64,000 nucleotides of DNA from an uncultured bacterium (GCA_964527215.1 CAZGNZ010000018.1:16523-80522), one strand, 5' to 3'. Positions 19,422 through 30,211 are shown, counted from the stretch's first letter. Program-made: numbers and translations. The notes: a model not told the origin generated them from the letters alone.

Positions 19422-20159
19422 ATGAAGCCCCGAATAGCCCCCTGCTTCACGCTGTCTGTTCTGCTGTCAGCCCTGGCCGCGATTGTTGTCAGCCTGAATT
19501 CCTGCCTGCCAATCAATGAAACGGATTCAGCGTCATCAGACAGTTTCAGGAAAGATGTGTTACTGGTGTTTGATATCCGCTTTAATACCGACATTATTGC
19601 ATCAAGCCGGTTTGGTGAACCCCCTCAGCTTGCCGTCTGGCTGGAAAATCCGGGTTTAAACCGAATTCGCACGGTGTGGGTTACCCGATGTATGGGAAAA
19701 GGATTATGGAAGGGCAAGGTTGAAAGCCTGACGTCACTTCCGTACTGGTCTTCACGGTATCGTCTGGAAATTCGGAATTCGCTGGCCCCCTCCTACAGGT
19801 TCCCGGTTCCGGACGCCATCACCGGAGCGACTCCTGCAGACGGTCTTCAATGCCGCGTGAATGTGCCGGCAGATTCGGAATGGGACATCTTTGCTGAAGT
19901 AAATCTGGCGGGTGATTTCAATCTGCATTTTCCGGCAGTCAATTCAAAGGGGATACCGAATTTTGAGAGTGACGGTCAGCCTGCGCTGGTTTATCACGGG
20001 AAAATCCAGGCAGAACCGAACCAGCAGATTCACCCTGAAATCACGGGAGTGAGTAATTTTCAAAACAGCGATACCGTGCTGTCATCAGATCAGGCAGGCA
20101 TTACCAGTGCGGTCGAGATCATACAGTCATTCACTGTATTCTGCACAACAATCCCCTGA
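19422..20159 (+). CDS. DUF2271-like exported/lipoprotein
   Basis: LNSC lipobox-like motif, PPQLAVWLE, DAITGAT, GQPALVY. Confidence 0.6.
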   Translation: MKPRIAPCFTLSVLLSALAAIVVSLNSCLPINETDSASSDSFRKDVLLVFDIRFNTDIIASSRFGEPPQLAVWLENPGLNRIRTVWVTRCMGKGLWKGKVESLTSLPYWSSRYRLEIRNSLAPSYRFPVPDAITGATPADGLQCRVNVPADSEWDIFAEVNLAGDFNLHFPAVNSKGIPNFESDGQPALVYHGKIQAEPNQQIHPEITGVSNFQNSDTVLSSDQAGITSAVEIIQSFTVFCTTIP

Positions 20160-20170
20160 CTGAATCACTC

Positions 20171-21532
20171 TTATGCAGGCATGGAAACACCGTTCAATCG
20201 CCGATACAAATTCATTGCATAGCGGTCCGTCATCCGGCAGATGTATTCCACCACCCGGAGTATGGTTTCATACCGGCCTTCATGGGATACATCCGGGGAC
20301 TGAAACTGCAGAGGAAGCAGGTGACGGATTTTTCGGTTGTATCCGCTGTCATCCCCCAGAACCGCTTCCAGAAAAGTGTTCAGCAAACCGCCGATCACTT
20401 TGTATCCAGCGATTTCAATTTCCACATTCAGCGGGTGCCGGTAGATGATATCCACGGATTTTTTGGAGATATCCCGCAGGACGTCTGATCCCGGGATTGT
20501 ACTCAGCAGTGATTTTTCAAATTCCCCATTCATTATTTGGGCGTAGTGAGATTTGAACTGGTGCGTGCAGTCGTGAACCAGTTTCTGGATACATAATGCT
20601 CTCAGATATCCGATTTGCTCCCGCTGATCTCTGATGCGCTGATATTTCTGAGCATCAAACCGGCTGGATTGATCGATAAGAGCTAAAAACAGCGTCTCAA
20701 TCTCTTCGAATCCGATCAAATCCATTTTGTACCCATCCTCAAAATCAATAATAGTATAGCAGATGTCATCCGAGGCTTCCACCAAAAAGGCCAACGGATG
20801 TCTGCTCCAGCAGTCAGGTTGATCCTGTTTCGCGCGTAAACCCAGAATACCTGCGATATGCCGGAAAGTCCGGCTTTCCGACTGGAAATATCCATATTTC
20901 TTTTCGCTGATACGGCCTGTGCTGCTCAAATCCGGCAGAGAAGGTTTCGGATATTTTGAAAATGTGCCAAGGGTGGCTGCAGTCAGACGCAGTCCCCCGG
21001 TCAATTCAGACTGGGAAGGACTGGTTCGGGTAAGCAGGCGAAATCCGGATGCATTGCCCTCAAAATTGCACAGATCATTTTGCTGATGCCGGGAAAGCGG
21101 ATCCAGAAACGCTGCGGCATTGGGATCATTCCTGAAGGTGTGGGAGATGGCGTCCTCACCTGCATGGCCGAAAGGGGGATTCCCGATATCGTGAGCGAGA
21201 CAGGCGGCTGCTGTGATATCCGCAAAATCATTGGGGTGGTACTCGGGGAGATCCGGATCATGTCCGGATTGGGAAAGCACATAGTCGCCAACCGCGAACC
21301 CCAGGGATCGGCCCACACATGAGGTTTCGATGCTGTGCGTCAAACGGGTATGGATGAAGTCCTTTTCCGGCAGCGGGACCACCTGGGTTTTATTCTGCAG
21401 ACGGCGAAACGCCGATGAAAACACCACACGGTCAAAATCTTTCTGATACCGGGTGCGGCCGACGGTTTGCGGCTGAGATCCGTTCTGTTCATTGAGTCTG
21501 CTTTTGGACAGCAGTTTTTTCCAGTTCATCAT
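20171..21532 (-). CDS. dgt: Deoxyguanosinetriphosphate triphosphohydrolase
   Basis: FRRLQNKTQV, HTRLTHS, AHDIGNPPFGH, EGNA and EASDDICY motifs. Confidence 0.93.
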   Translation of the reverse strand: MMNWKKLLSKSRLNEQNGSQPQTVGRTRYQKDFDRVVFSSAFRRLQNKTQVVPLPEKDFIHTRLTHSIETSCVGRSLGFAVGDYVLSQSGHDPDLPEYHPNDFADITAAACLAHDIGNPPFGHAGEDAISHTFRNDPNAAAFLDPLSRHQQNDLCNFEGNASGFRLLTRTSPSQSELTGGLRLTAATLGTFSKYPKPSLPDLSSTGRISEKKYGYFQSESRTFRHIAGILGLRAKQDQPDCWSRHPLAFLVEASDDICYTIIDFEDGYKMDLIGFEEIETLFLALIDQSSRFDAQKYQRIRDQREQIGYLRALCIQKLVHDCTHQFKSHYAQIMNGEFEKSLLSTIPGSDVLRDISKKSVDIIYRHPLNVEIEIAGYKVIGGLLNTFLEAVLGDDSGYNRKIRHLLPLQFQSPDVSHEGRYETILRVVEYICRMTDRYAMNLYRRLNGVSMPA

Positions 21533-21591
21533 TGCAGTATCCTGTTTATAAATATGACAATAACGGGATTGATCTCTCGTGTTTTTCCGGG

Positions 21592-22539
21592 TCAGGACAG
21601 GGTCAGGGTTATCACGCCGCCGACGGCAACTGCAGCACCCCAGACAGCGCGCAGGGACACCTGTTCATGTCCGATGAAAATCGAGAACGGGATAATCAAG
21701 ATCGGAACCATTGAAGTTATGGTTGCGGCAATCCCTGATGTGGTATAGTGCAGTGCCAGCAGGGACAGGGACACTCCCAGGAACGGACCCAGAACCGCTC
21801 CTCCGAACGTCATTCCCATTGCCGGTCCATTGGTGACCGCTTTTCGAACAGCCGGCCAGCTGCGGCGCAGCGAAATGATACCCAGAAATCCGATTGTTCC
21901 TGCAATCACTCGAATCTGGGTGGCGGCAAATGGGTCCAGATACCCGTTTTCCAACGACATGCCGTATTTGCTCAGTACATATCCCGCCGCCTGCCCCAGT
22001 GCTCCCAGAAATGCCATCATTATTCCTGCAGGAGTCACATCTCTGATTCGACGGTTTGAGGATACGCCGGAAAGCTGGTTCCGTTCTGTCTTTCGGGGTT
22101 TCTCCAGAATCACCCAGCAGACACCGCCAAGTGTCACCGCCATTCCCACCCAGTGCAAAAGCTGATATTTCTCGCCCAGAAACACCATCCCGATGACCGC
22201 AGACATGGGGGCAGCCAAAGTCATAATAAGCATGGAAAGTCTTGGACCAATATCCACAAAGGCCTTGAACAGAAACATATCTCCCAATGCAAAGCCAATG
22301 ATGCCTGAAAGACCCAGCCACCACCAGGCCCTCAGTGGAAAAGACAATGGAAACAGTGTCCCGTGACGCCACTGCGACAGCATACAGAACAAAAGCAGCG
22401 CCAGAATCAGACGCAGCAGATTGACTGACATCGCTCCGCTCCGCCGGCCGGCAGCTTCAAAAAACTGTGAACCGGCTGTCCAGCATAATGCGGTTCCAAA
22501 TGCCGCTATTTCTCCGGCCCAGGATGTCAGATCAATCAC
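21592..22539 (-). CDS. EamA/DMT family transporter
   Basis: 10 TM segments with duplicated EamA repeat (GFALGD..LF.AF...GPR; LGE). Confidence 0.88.
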   Translation of the reverse strand: MIDLTSWAGEIAAFGTALCWTAGSQFFEAAGRRSGAMSVNLLRLILALLLFCMLSQWRHGTLFPLSFPLRAWWWLGLSGIIGFALGDMFLFKAFVDIGPRLSMLIMTLAAPMSAVIGMVFLGEKYQLLHWVGMAVTLGGVCWVILEKPRKTERNQLSGVSSNRRIRDVTPAGIMMAFLGALGQAAGYVLSKYGMSLENGYLDPFAATQIRVIAGTIGFLGIISLRRSWPAVRKAVTNGPAMGMTFGGAVLGPFLGVSLSLLALHYTTSGIAATITSMVPILIIPFSIFIGHEQVSLRAVWGAAVAVGGVITLTLS

Positions 22540-22604
22540 GCGCCGGCCAATCCTGAAGCTTCCGTCATTGCCTGCTTTATCATCTCATCACACAGTATCA
22601 TGAC

Positions 22605-23351
22605 TTAAACAGGCTGGATCCTTGTTTCAATATGCATGAACAGCTCTGAGAGCGGTGCAGTATAATCCGGTGTGCATGCGGTGTCCGGCAGATGATTTAT
22701 CAGACTCTGACTTAAATCAATTGAGCGATCCCGGCTGTCAGTGATCAGATATGTCATCATACCGAGTTCACCGGCTGCCAGATCATTCACGGGATCGTTC
22801 CCCACCATGATGCACTCCTCGGGCTGCAGCTCCAATTCACTGCAGATGGAACGGTAATATCTCAGGCTGGGCTTACAGTAACGGCTGTTCTCAACACTGG
22901 TTATGTATTCAAACAAGGCCGAATCCAGATTTGCCCAGTTCAGGCGGCATTTTTGAATATATTCCGGAAACATCGGATTGGTGGCAATTACCAGCTTCAA
23001 TCCATGGTTTTTCAGCTGCCTTATAACGTTCGTCGCCCCCGGTGCGGGCACGGCAAATTTCCGAAGACTGTCGAACTGCTCAGAATAATATGTATCAAAG
23101 CGCTGCCATAACTCCGTGTCTGATAACCTGAGATTTTGTGAGAATTCCCGTATAAACACCTCAAGATTGGTTGCTGAACCATCATTATCAATCATTCTTC
23201 CGGTGGCAGACATCATTTTCGTGTTGAATTCCTCAAATGACATGAATTCAGAAAAATGATCATACAGATCCTCGAAATATTGCCTGAACAATTTGCGTTC
23301 GTCAAACAATACCAATGTATTATCCAAATCAAATAATACCGCTTTGATCAA
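22605..23351 (-). CDS. HAD family hydrolase
   Basis: FDLDNTL, ATN, KP and MVGNDPVND motifs. Confidence 0.9.
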   Translation of the reverse strand: MIKAVLFDLDNTLVLFDERKLFRQYFEDLYDHFSEFMSFEEFNTKMMSATGRMIDNDGSATNLEVFIREFSQNLRLSDTELWQRFDTYYSEQFDSLRKFAVPAPGATNVIRQLKNHGLKLVIATNPMFPEYIQKCRLNWANLDSALFEYITSVENSRYCKPSLRYYRSICSELELQPEECIMVGNDPVNDLAAGELGMMTYLITDSRDRSIDLSQSLINHLPDTACTPDYTAPLSELFMHIETRIQPV

Positions 23352-23638
23352 ATTACACTCCCTACTGAAAATTCACCTGCACAGACTGCTGTCCGCACAG
23401 TCAGACCATCCGGTTCCGGACATCCAAGCGGCGGAAACCTCGATTTTCAATGGTCCGCAGTTCTTGGAAATTAGCGGTGTTTCCGGCAAAAAATGCAGCG
23501 GAACATTCCTGCTCAGGAAAATTCAGCCGGAATGGGTTTTCCCATTGGCTGCCGCGGCTGAAAAAGGCTCGGGCAGTGACTGAATCACACATTTTTCAAA
23601 TTTTGAATCATTTGACCAGTCTTTTTAATATTCGCGTT

Positions 23639-25063
23639 ATGAAAACACCATTTCTTGCTTTGATACTGCTGTTTAATGCTGCCATTTTTTCACAATCCAC
23701 GGTGCCGATGGTTAATCCGGTCCAAATGATCGGAAAGCACATCGACGAACCGGAGATGCGCCGGGTGCTTGATCTTTTGAATCCGGATGAAACCGGGGTT
23801 CTCGGGTCCGAATTCCATAATCCGGAAAAAGGGTTCGCGTTAGATATTGAATACGGCTTCATCTCCAGAATTACGTTCACGCCGGGGACGGCCCTCACCG
23901 CCCATCCAAAAGTATTTGCCCTGCCGTTCAACCTGTCCTGGCAGAGCACAATGGCTCAGTATCTGCAGACCGGAATCTGGAAACCTGCAATAGAAGATAA
24001 CAGACTGCTTGGCAGCTTTCCGACAGTTTACAGGGATCAACCGGCAACACCGGTGACTGTTGCGCTTGAATTCAGTAAATCATCGGAAATCCTTGAGAAA
24101 ATTGTATTTTTCGCGGATCTGCGTACTCTGCACCATCAACAGAACCAGATCATCAGACGCGGATTCGAGAATGAAGCACCGTTTGAATCATCAGACTGGC
24201 CTGTTTTTCTGACATCGAAGCTGGGGGTGTTTCCCGGTCGGTATTTGTGGGCCTGGCTGAACGCTCCGCACAGTGTCATTGTTCGCGATGATGACAGAGG
24301 TGTGGCAGTATCCACCACCATGGACTATCATATCCGAGAGATAAAATTTTATGCAGAGGAATTTACAGGACAGCTCCCGCTTCAGCTTGACTTCCAGCTG
24401 CCTCTTCACCAGCTGATGAGCCGTTTTGGTCCACGTCAGAACGCCCAGACATCCGGATTCTACCATGTATTCAATGTCAGTCGACCGGGACTTCCCCCAA
24501 TGGAACTGGGAGTCAATTACGATGAGGATAATCCTGAGAACATTTCCTACTACAACCTCAGACTGAAATGGAAGCTGCTGCCTGAATGGACTGCTCTTTT
24601 TCTGGAAGACGGAATTCCTGATAATACCTTCATCCGGGATTTGACCCGTATATGGGTCATGGGCAACAATAATGTCAACAGTTTGAAAGGGGACCGGAAA
24701 ACGGTTGTTACCGACCATGGTCCGGACACTCTGTATATTGCAGCCACCCAGATATCCGGGCTGCTTACAGGTGACTTGCGGTATCAGGAAGCCATCAGGT
24801 CGTGGGTATATGATGTGCGCGTCAAGCAGCTTTCATCTCGGAACCGTCTGTCCCATCTTCTGCCGGTGTACCAGAATTGCATACAGCAGGCCCTGGGATC
24901 AGACTTCAGAATGGTGGATGAATCCAATGAAAAAAACCATATCTATCGTTTCGTAAAAAATCCGTCATCCGGGTTCAGTTCAGCAGATACCGGTGCATTT
25001 TTATCTGCACCCAAACCCCCAGAGGAAGGATTTCTAACAATTTCTCTTCGTTTTGGGAATTAG
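23639..25063 (+). CDS. Hypothetical exported protein with an internal repeated LPxxLxF/W module
   Basis: Signal peptide MKTPFLALILLFNAAIFS from ATG 23639; long ORF; no family recognised. Confidence 0.7.
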   Translation: MKTPFLALILLFNAAIFSQSTVPMVNPVQMIGKHIDEPEMRRVLDLLNPDETGVLGSEFHNPEKGFALDIEYGFISRITFTPGTALTAHPKVFALPFNLSWQSTMAQYLQTGIWKPAIEDNRLLGSFPTVYRDQPATPVTVALEFSKSSEILEKIVFFADLRTLHHQQNQIIRRGFENEAPFESSDWPVFLTSKLGVFPGRYLWAWLNAPHSVIVRDDDRGVAVSTTMDYHIREIKFYAEEFTGQLPLQLDFQLPLHQLMSRFGPRQNAQTSGFYHVFNVSRPGLPPMELGVNYDEDNPENISYYNLRLKWKLLPEWTALFLEDGIPDNTFIRDLTRIWVMGNNNVNSLKGDRKTVVTDHGPDTLYIAATQISGLLTGDLRYQEAIRSWVYDVRVKQLSSRNRLSHLLPVYQNCIQQALGSDFRMVDESNEKNHIYRFVKNPSSGFSSADTGAFLSAPKPPEEGFLTISLRFGN

Positions 25064-25116
25064 GAATGTTTGGGGATAAATCGGCCGCAGCCTGATCCTG
25101 TCAGCCTGCGTTTTCT

Positions 25117-26060
25117 TCATTCCTTTCCAGACTGCCACTCCCTTTCCAGCAGCCGAATTGTTTTCTCATCGCATAATCCCGTCACAGGCAGCTGGTGTTT
25201 TTTCTGAAACCGACGTATTGAGATGGAAATGACATGGCGGGGGGAGTGAGTGGTCTGAATCAGACTGGAATCTACCGCGCCCAGTTCCAGCAGCAAATTC
25301 AGAAGGGCCTGTTCAGTGTCTGATCCGTACCGCCCGTCCGGAGTCCCTGGGTTGAACCCGCTGCGTATCAGAAAATCCTGCAGCTGCGGGACCGCATCGT
25401 AGGCCACCTCCGCTGTCATCCGTCCGGCCTGTCTTAAAGCAATAAATTCGTCTAATTCTTCTTTTCCCTGAATCAACAGATACTGATAAAACCATTCAGC
25501 ATACTTCAAATATTTTCCTGTGTATGTGGTCGATACAGAGTATATCACAAACACTTGCCGTTCGTAGCGGAACGCGTACCAGTCGATATACTCCCGGTAT
25601 TCCACTTTACCAGATCCGGTATCAGTTCTTCATAATCCCACAATGGGAAAATGGAGACCATATCACTTTCCGCAATATTATAGGTCCCGGCACAGTGAGG
25701 AAACAACTGGAACACACGGCTGGATTCATACTCGTGGATGAATTCCGGATTGTCAAAACTCAGCTCAAGGATTGTAAAATCATGAAAAGGTTCTTCATCA
25801 GGGACCGGATACCGGTAATCCATATTTATTTTACTGTAGCGGATGACCGGAAGATAATGCGCATTGCGGGCGGTAAGTTCGTGAAGTGTGGGACGGATCA
25901 GCTGCTCAGTAGAATCCGGGTAACTGCGGTACCAGTAGTCATTGGATTCCAGAAGCATCACAAAATCCTCAGCTGATTTCCGGGTGAAATCTGTCGGGGC
26001 ATCATTCTCTGCTGCCAATAACCCAGGCAAAACGGCTATCACCAACCAGACACGATTCAT
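25117..26060 (-). pseudogene. Exported peptidoglycan-binding-domain protein split by an apparent 1-nt frameshift
   Basis: Signal-peptide ORF (MNRVWLVIAV..., 26060-25545) overlaps a second-frame ORF (25605-25117) carrying PG_binding motifs (LQDFL..GF.PG.PDGRYG..T; FQKKHQLPVTG.CD..T). One extra A at 25606-25608 fuses them. Confidence 0.6.
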
Positions 26061-26315
26061 CCTGAATGATTCATGAGACTTTGTGATGAGATGATGAAAA
26101 TGTATTGATGCGGAAAAGCAAAAATTCAACACAATTTTGTGCTGACTGTCAATGAAGCTTTTTCCGTTAAAGAACCCATGGGTTCTCATTCTACAAGGCA
26201 TATGAAGAAAAATGAGTGAAATCGTACTGGACAATACGTTGAGAACATTTTTCAAGTATGACGCTGAAGAATTGACCATATCTATCATTGTAAAAAATCT
26301 CATGAGTTGTTCAGG
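26061..26315. mobile_element. IS1380-like MITE (255 bp)
   Basis: TIRs cctgaatgattcatgaga / tctcatgagttgttcagg; internal sequence homologous to 49879-50054. Confidence 0.8.
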
Positions 26316-26582
26316 TTAGTATTTCAGCAAATTCAGACTGCATCAGCCGGCATGTTGACAGGTCGATGAATCAATCATTCTCCTGCCATAAATATTACCA
26401 GATTTGAAGACTGCAATCCAACCTCATCCGGCACCATTTTTTCTGTCTGCCTGGCACAGGATGTTCATTGTCCATTGCTGTGACTTCAGTCTTTTTTCTT
26501 TCCTCATTCTTATTAAATTTGACCATCTAATTCAAATGTATTACACCACATTCTTCTAAAACCACTATATCTGGAGAACCAG

Positions 26583-27488
26583 ATGAACACAAGCCGTTGG
26601 GAAGTTAATGCCATTCCTGATTTATCGGGAAAAACGATCATTATTACCGGATCAAGCAGTGGTTTGGGTCTGGAAACAGCCAGAGTGCTGGCCGGTAAAA
26701 ACGCCTCTGTTGTCATCGCGGTTCGCAATCTATTCAAGGGAAATTCAGCGGCGGATTTGATTCGTGAAGAATACTCGGATGCTGAACTGACTGTGATGGG
26801 GCTGGATCTGGCCAGTCTGGAATCCATTCGCGGCTTTGCCCATAATTTCAGACAGAACTATAAAAAACTGGATCTGCTGATTAACAATGCCGGTGTCATG
26901 ATGTCCCCTTTTGCCAGAACCAGCGATGGGTTTGAGCTTCAGTTCGGGACAAATCATTTAGGACATTTTGCCCTTACCGGACTGCTGCTGGATCCTATTC
27001 TATGCTGTCCAGGTTCCCGAATTGTGACACTGTCCAGTATTGCCCATAAAAACGGAAAACTGAATCTGGACGACGTTAGCTGGAAAACCCGCAAATACAA
27101 TACTCACCAGGCATATTTTGACAGCAAGATAGCCAATCTGCATTTCACTTTTGAACTGGATCGCCGGCTTAAAGCAGCCCAGGCGGAAACCATTGCCCTG
27201 GCAGCCCATCCCGGAAGTACAAAAACGGAACTCCAGCGCCACTCTGCTCTGGTCAGCTTTCTGAATAATATTATTGCCCAGGATGTGATTATGGGAGCCC
27301 TGCCGACCCTGCGGGCAGCATTTGACGAAAGTGTAACAGGCGGCGAATTTTTCGGCCCGGAAAAATTCATGGAAACCAGAGGTTACCCGGTACAGGTTCA
27401 GCCGAGCAAACTGAGCCAGGACAAGGAAACAGCGGCAAAACTATGGCGTTTATCTGAAGAAATGACTGGGATTCGCTATCCAATCTGA
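26583..27488 (+). CDS. Short-chain dehydrogenase/reductase (retinol DH-like)
   Basis: TGSSSGLG, NNAG, FGTNHLGHF and YFDSK motifs. Confidence 0.92.
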   Translation: MNTSRWEVNAIPDLSGKTIIITGSSSGLGLETARVLAGKNASVVIAVRNLFKGNSAADLIREEYSDAELTVMGLDLASLESIRGFAHNFRQNYKKLDLLINNAGVMMSPFARTSDGFELQFGTNHLGHFALTGLLLDPILCCPGSRIVTLSSIAHKNGKLNLDDVSWKTRKYNTHQAYFDSKIANLHFTFELDRRLKAAQAETIALAAHPGSTKTELQRHSALVSFLNNIIAQDVIMGALPTLRAAFDESVTGGEFFGPEKFMETRGYPVQVQPSKLSQDKETAAKLWRLSEEMTGIRYPI

Positions 27489-27546
27489 GAACTTCGTTTT
27501 GCCTGAGGATTGTTGAAGACAGCCGTCTGCTGTCCTGGTGCTCCCG

Positions 27547-28401
27547 TCATCGGCCGGTTCGGCTGGCCTCCCACCCTGCAAGTGCCATTTTTCTTTCCAG
27601 TCCCCAGCGGTAGCCATGGAATTCACCGCGGCTGCTGATTACTCTATGGCACGGAATCAGAAAGGATACGGGATTCCGTGATATCGCCTGCCCCACGGCC
27701 CGTACACCTGATGGAATACCGCAGATACGGGCCACATCCTGATAGCTGAGCATCCTGCCGGCAGGAATGTTCAGAAGTGCTTTCCATACATTGATTTGAA
27801 AATTGGTTCCTTTGATATGGAGGTGGAAGGGCTGGTTTGAATTTTCCGGCTGGTAACTAAAAACGGCTTCGATCACAGGAGCCGTGCGATCCTGATCGCG
27901 GAGAAATCTGGAAAGGGGCCATTTTTGCCTCATATAAGAAAGATCATCGGTATTCGGCTCCGTAAATTCAAGATGACAGATTCCCCTGTCCGTCAATCCC
28001 AGAAGACATCTGCCAAACGGAGTGTCATGGATTCCCCACCGGATCAGCAGATTCGAACCGTGCTTTTTATATTCACCGGGCGTGACCGCCTCGAAAGTGA
28101 CAAACAGATCATGGAGCCGGCCCGGTCCGGACAGCCCGCCGGAATATGCAGCATCCAGCAGACTGCGGGATTCATCCAGCACTCCTTTGGTGTATTCCAG
28201 TGTCAGATACTGCATAAACTGAGACGGAGAAATCCCCACCCAACGTTTAAAAATCCGCTGGAAATGGTACTTACTCATATAAAGTTCTGCAGCCAGCTCA
28301 TTTAGACTGGGGTGCTCCAGAAACCGTTCGTCAATAAGGCTTAATGCGCGGGCAATCCGGTAATAATCCCGTGAAGCCTGGGTAAACATGTTTTTTTCCA
28401 T
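27547..28401 (-). CDS. ada: AraC-HTH plus methylated-DNA--protein-cysteine methyltransferase (Ada-like, no Zn domain)
   Basis: HFQRIFKRWVGISP, GTNFQINVW and active-site PCHRV. Confidence 0.88.
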   Translation of the reverse strand: MEKNMFTQASRDYYRIARALSLIDERFLEHPSLNELAAELYMSKYHFQRIFKRWVGISPSQFMQYLTLEYTKGVLDESRSLLDAAYSGGLSGPGRLHDLFVTFEAVTPGEYKKHGSNLLIRWGIHDTPFGRCLLGLTDRGICHLEFTEPNTDDLSYMRQKWPLSRFLRDQDRTAPVIEAVFSYQPENSNQPFHLHIKGTNFQINVWKALLNIPAGRMLSYQDVARICGIPSGVRAVGQAISRNPVSFLIPCHRVISSRGEFHGYRWGLERKMALAGWEASRTGR

Positions 28402-28564
28402 GGTTCAAATTACCGCTGCCGATGCCTGCAGAACGACCCGGATGTTGCGAACCATTGACTTTTTGAAATCCGGGATTCGATTGACGGATTTTCAACGGAT
28501 AAATGATTGGGGCTGCGAAAATTAGTACGTGCAATTGTCATTCCCGCGGGACATAAATTTAACC

Positions 28565-29362
28565 ATGAAGAAAGAACTTGAATATGCCATTGAAGCAGCA
28601 CATCTTGCTGGACAGAAAATTCTCTCATTCTACAAAAGCAAATATGATATAACCGATAAAAGTTATCATAATCCGGTGACGGATGCGGATTTTGCCTCCA
28701 ACCAGGTCATCATGGATATTCTTCAGCCGGCATTCCCGGACTACGGATGGCTGTCGGAAGAAACAGTGGATTCACCGGAGCGTCTGAATGCGCAGCGGGT
28801 CTGGATTGTTGATCCGCTGGACGGCACAAAAGAATTCATAGAGGGCGTGGACAACTTTGTCGTCAGCATTGCCCTTGTGGAGGACGGGGTTTCCGTACTT
28901 GGCATCCTGTACAATCCGGTTACGAAAGAATTATTCCACGCAATTCGGGGATCGGGAGCGTTTTTTAACGGTGATCCCATCACCTGCAGCCGGACTGAAA
29001 CACTAGCGGACGCCAGTATCGTCATCAGCCGATCAGAAACCAGAAAAGGGCTTTGGGAAGGTACTGAAACCTGGTTCCGTGAGCAGGCCCACATAGGCAG
29101 TGTGGCTTACAAACTGGGACTGACCGCAGCCGGGCGGTTTGACTGCTTTGCCACCCTGAGACCCAAAAACGAATGGGATGTGGCCGCAGGACAAGTGATT
29201 CTGGATGAAGCCGGAGCAGAGCTGGTGAATCTGGAAAGCCAGCAGGTACGGGTGTATAATCAGAAAACCACTTTGATTACCCCGGGACTGATTGGAGGGA
29301 ATCCGCACCTGATCCGCCAGTTCCAGACCCAATGGGCAAATCAGACAGCGGAACCCGTTTAA
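28565..29362 (+). CDS. cysQ: 3'(2'),5'-bisphosphate nucleotidase / inositol monophosphatase family
   Basis: PVTDAD, LSEE, WIVDPLDGTKEF and EWDVAAG motifs. Confidence 0.82.
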   Translation: MKKELEYAIEAAHLAGQKILSFYKSKYDITDKSYHNPVTDADFASNQVIMDILQPAFPDYGWLSEETVDSPERLNAQRVWIVDPLDGTKEFIEGVDNFVVSIALVEDGVSVLGILYNPVTKELFHAIRGSGAFFNGDPITCSRTETLADASIVISRSETRKGLWEGTETWFREQAHIGSVAYKLGLTAAGRFDCFATLRPKNEWDVAAGQVILDEAGAELVNLESQQVRVYNQKTTLITPGLIGGNPHLIRQFQTQWANQTAEPV

Positions 29363-29380
29363 GCCAGGCAGAGGACGGGA

Positions 29381-30199
29381 ATGAAAGCATATCTTGATCT
29401 GGTTCGCACCGTATTGGAAAACGGCCGTCAGCAAACCAACCGTACCGGCATTGATACACTGTCGGTATTTGGATACCATTACAAAATCAATCTCAGGGAT
29501 GGATATCCCCTTCTTACCACGAAAAAAATCTATTTCAACTCCGTGATACGTGAACTGCTGTGGTATCTTTCCGGGGAAACCCACATTCGACATCTGCGGC
29601 AGCACACTCGAATTTGGGATGACTGGAGCTCCCAGGAAAAAAACTGGGAAGTGGGCAGGATGTACGGCTATCAATGGGTGAATTGGGAAAAATATACGCG
29701 CGATCCGGAAACGGGACTGTTCAAAAGGGAATTCATTAATCAGATTCAGGAAGTGATCGATCTGATTAAAACCGATCCCAGTTCCCGGCGGATGGTGGTC
29801 ACAGCCTGGAATCCCTCTGTACTTGATGAGGTTGCACTGCCCAGCTGTCATTCATTTTTCATGTTTTCAGTAACCGACGGCAGGCTGAACTGCCATCTCA
29901 CTCAGCGCAGCGGAGATATAGCCCTGGGCATACCGTTTAATATCGCCTGCTACGCAGCACTGACCCAGATGATTGCCGGGGAAACCGGTCTGGAGACGGG
30001 TGAATTCTCGCATTACATCAATGACGCACATATTTATATCAACCATGTGGCGGGTCTCGAAAATCAGCTGGAGCGAAAACCGATGGCACTGCCAAGGCTG
30101 GAGATCGCTGAAAAACCATTCTGGGATCTGGAATTTGACGATTTCGTACTGCACGAATACAATCATCATCCTGCCATTAAATTTGACGTTGCCGTTTAG
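29381..30199 (+). CDS. thyA: Thymidylate synthase
   Basis: RTG, PLLTTKK, ELLW, SRR, LPSCH, QRSGD and PFN motifs. Confidence 0.97.
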   Translation: MKAYLDLVRTVLENGRQQTNRTGIDTLSVFGYHYKINLRDGYPLLTTKKIYFNSVIRELLWYLSGETHIRHLRQHTRIWDDWSSQEKNWEVGRMYGYQWVNWEKYTRDPETGLFKREFINQIQEVIDLIKTDPSSRRMVVTAWNPSVLDEVALPSCHSFFMFSVTDGRLNCHLTQRSGDIALGIPFNIACYAALTQMIAGETGLETGEFSHYINDAHIYINHVAGLENQLERKPMALPRLEIAEKPFWDLEFDDFVLHEYNHHPAIKFDVAV

Positions 30200-30211
30200 G
30201 GAGTATTGGGA

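Noticed and set aside
20171-21532. dGTPase as an antiphage defence system
   Set aside because: Neighbours are housekeeping or transport genes with no defence-island context; treated as ordinary dgt.
26061-26303. N-terminal extension of ORF 25545..26303
   Set aside because: It lies entirely inside the MITE; the signal peptide starts at 26060.
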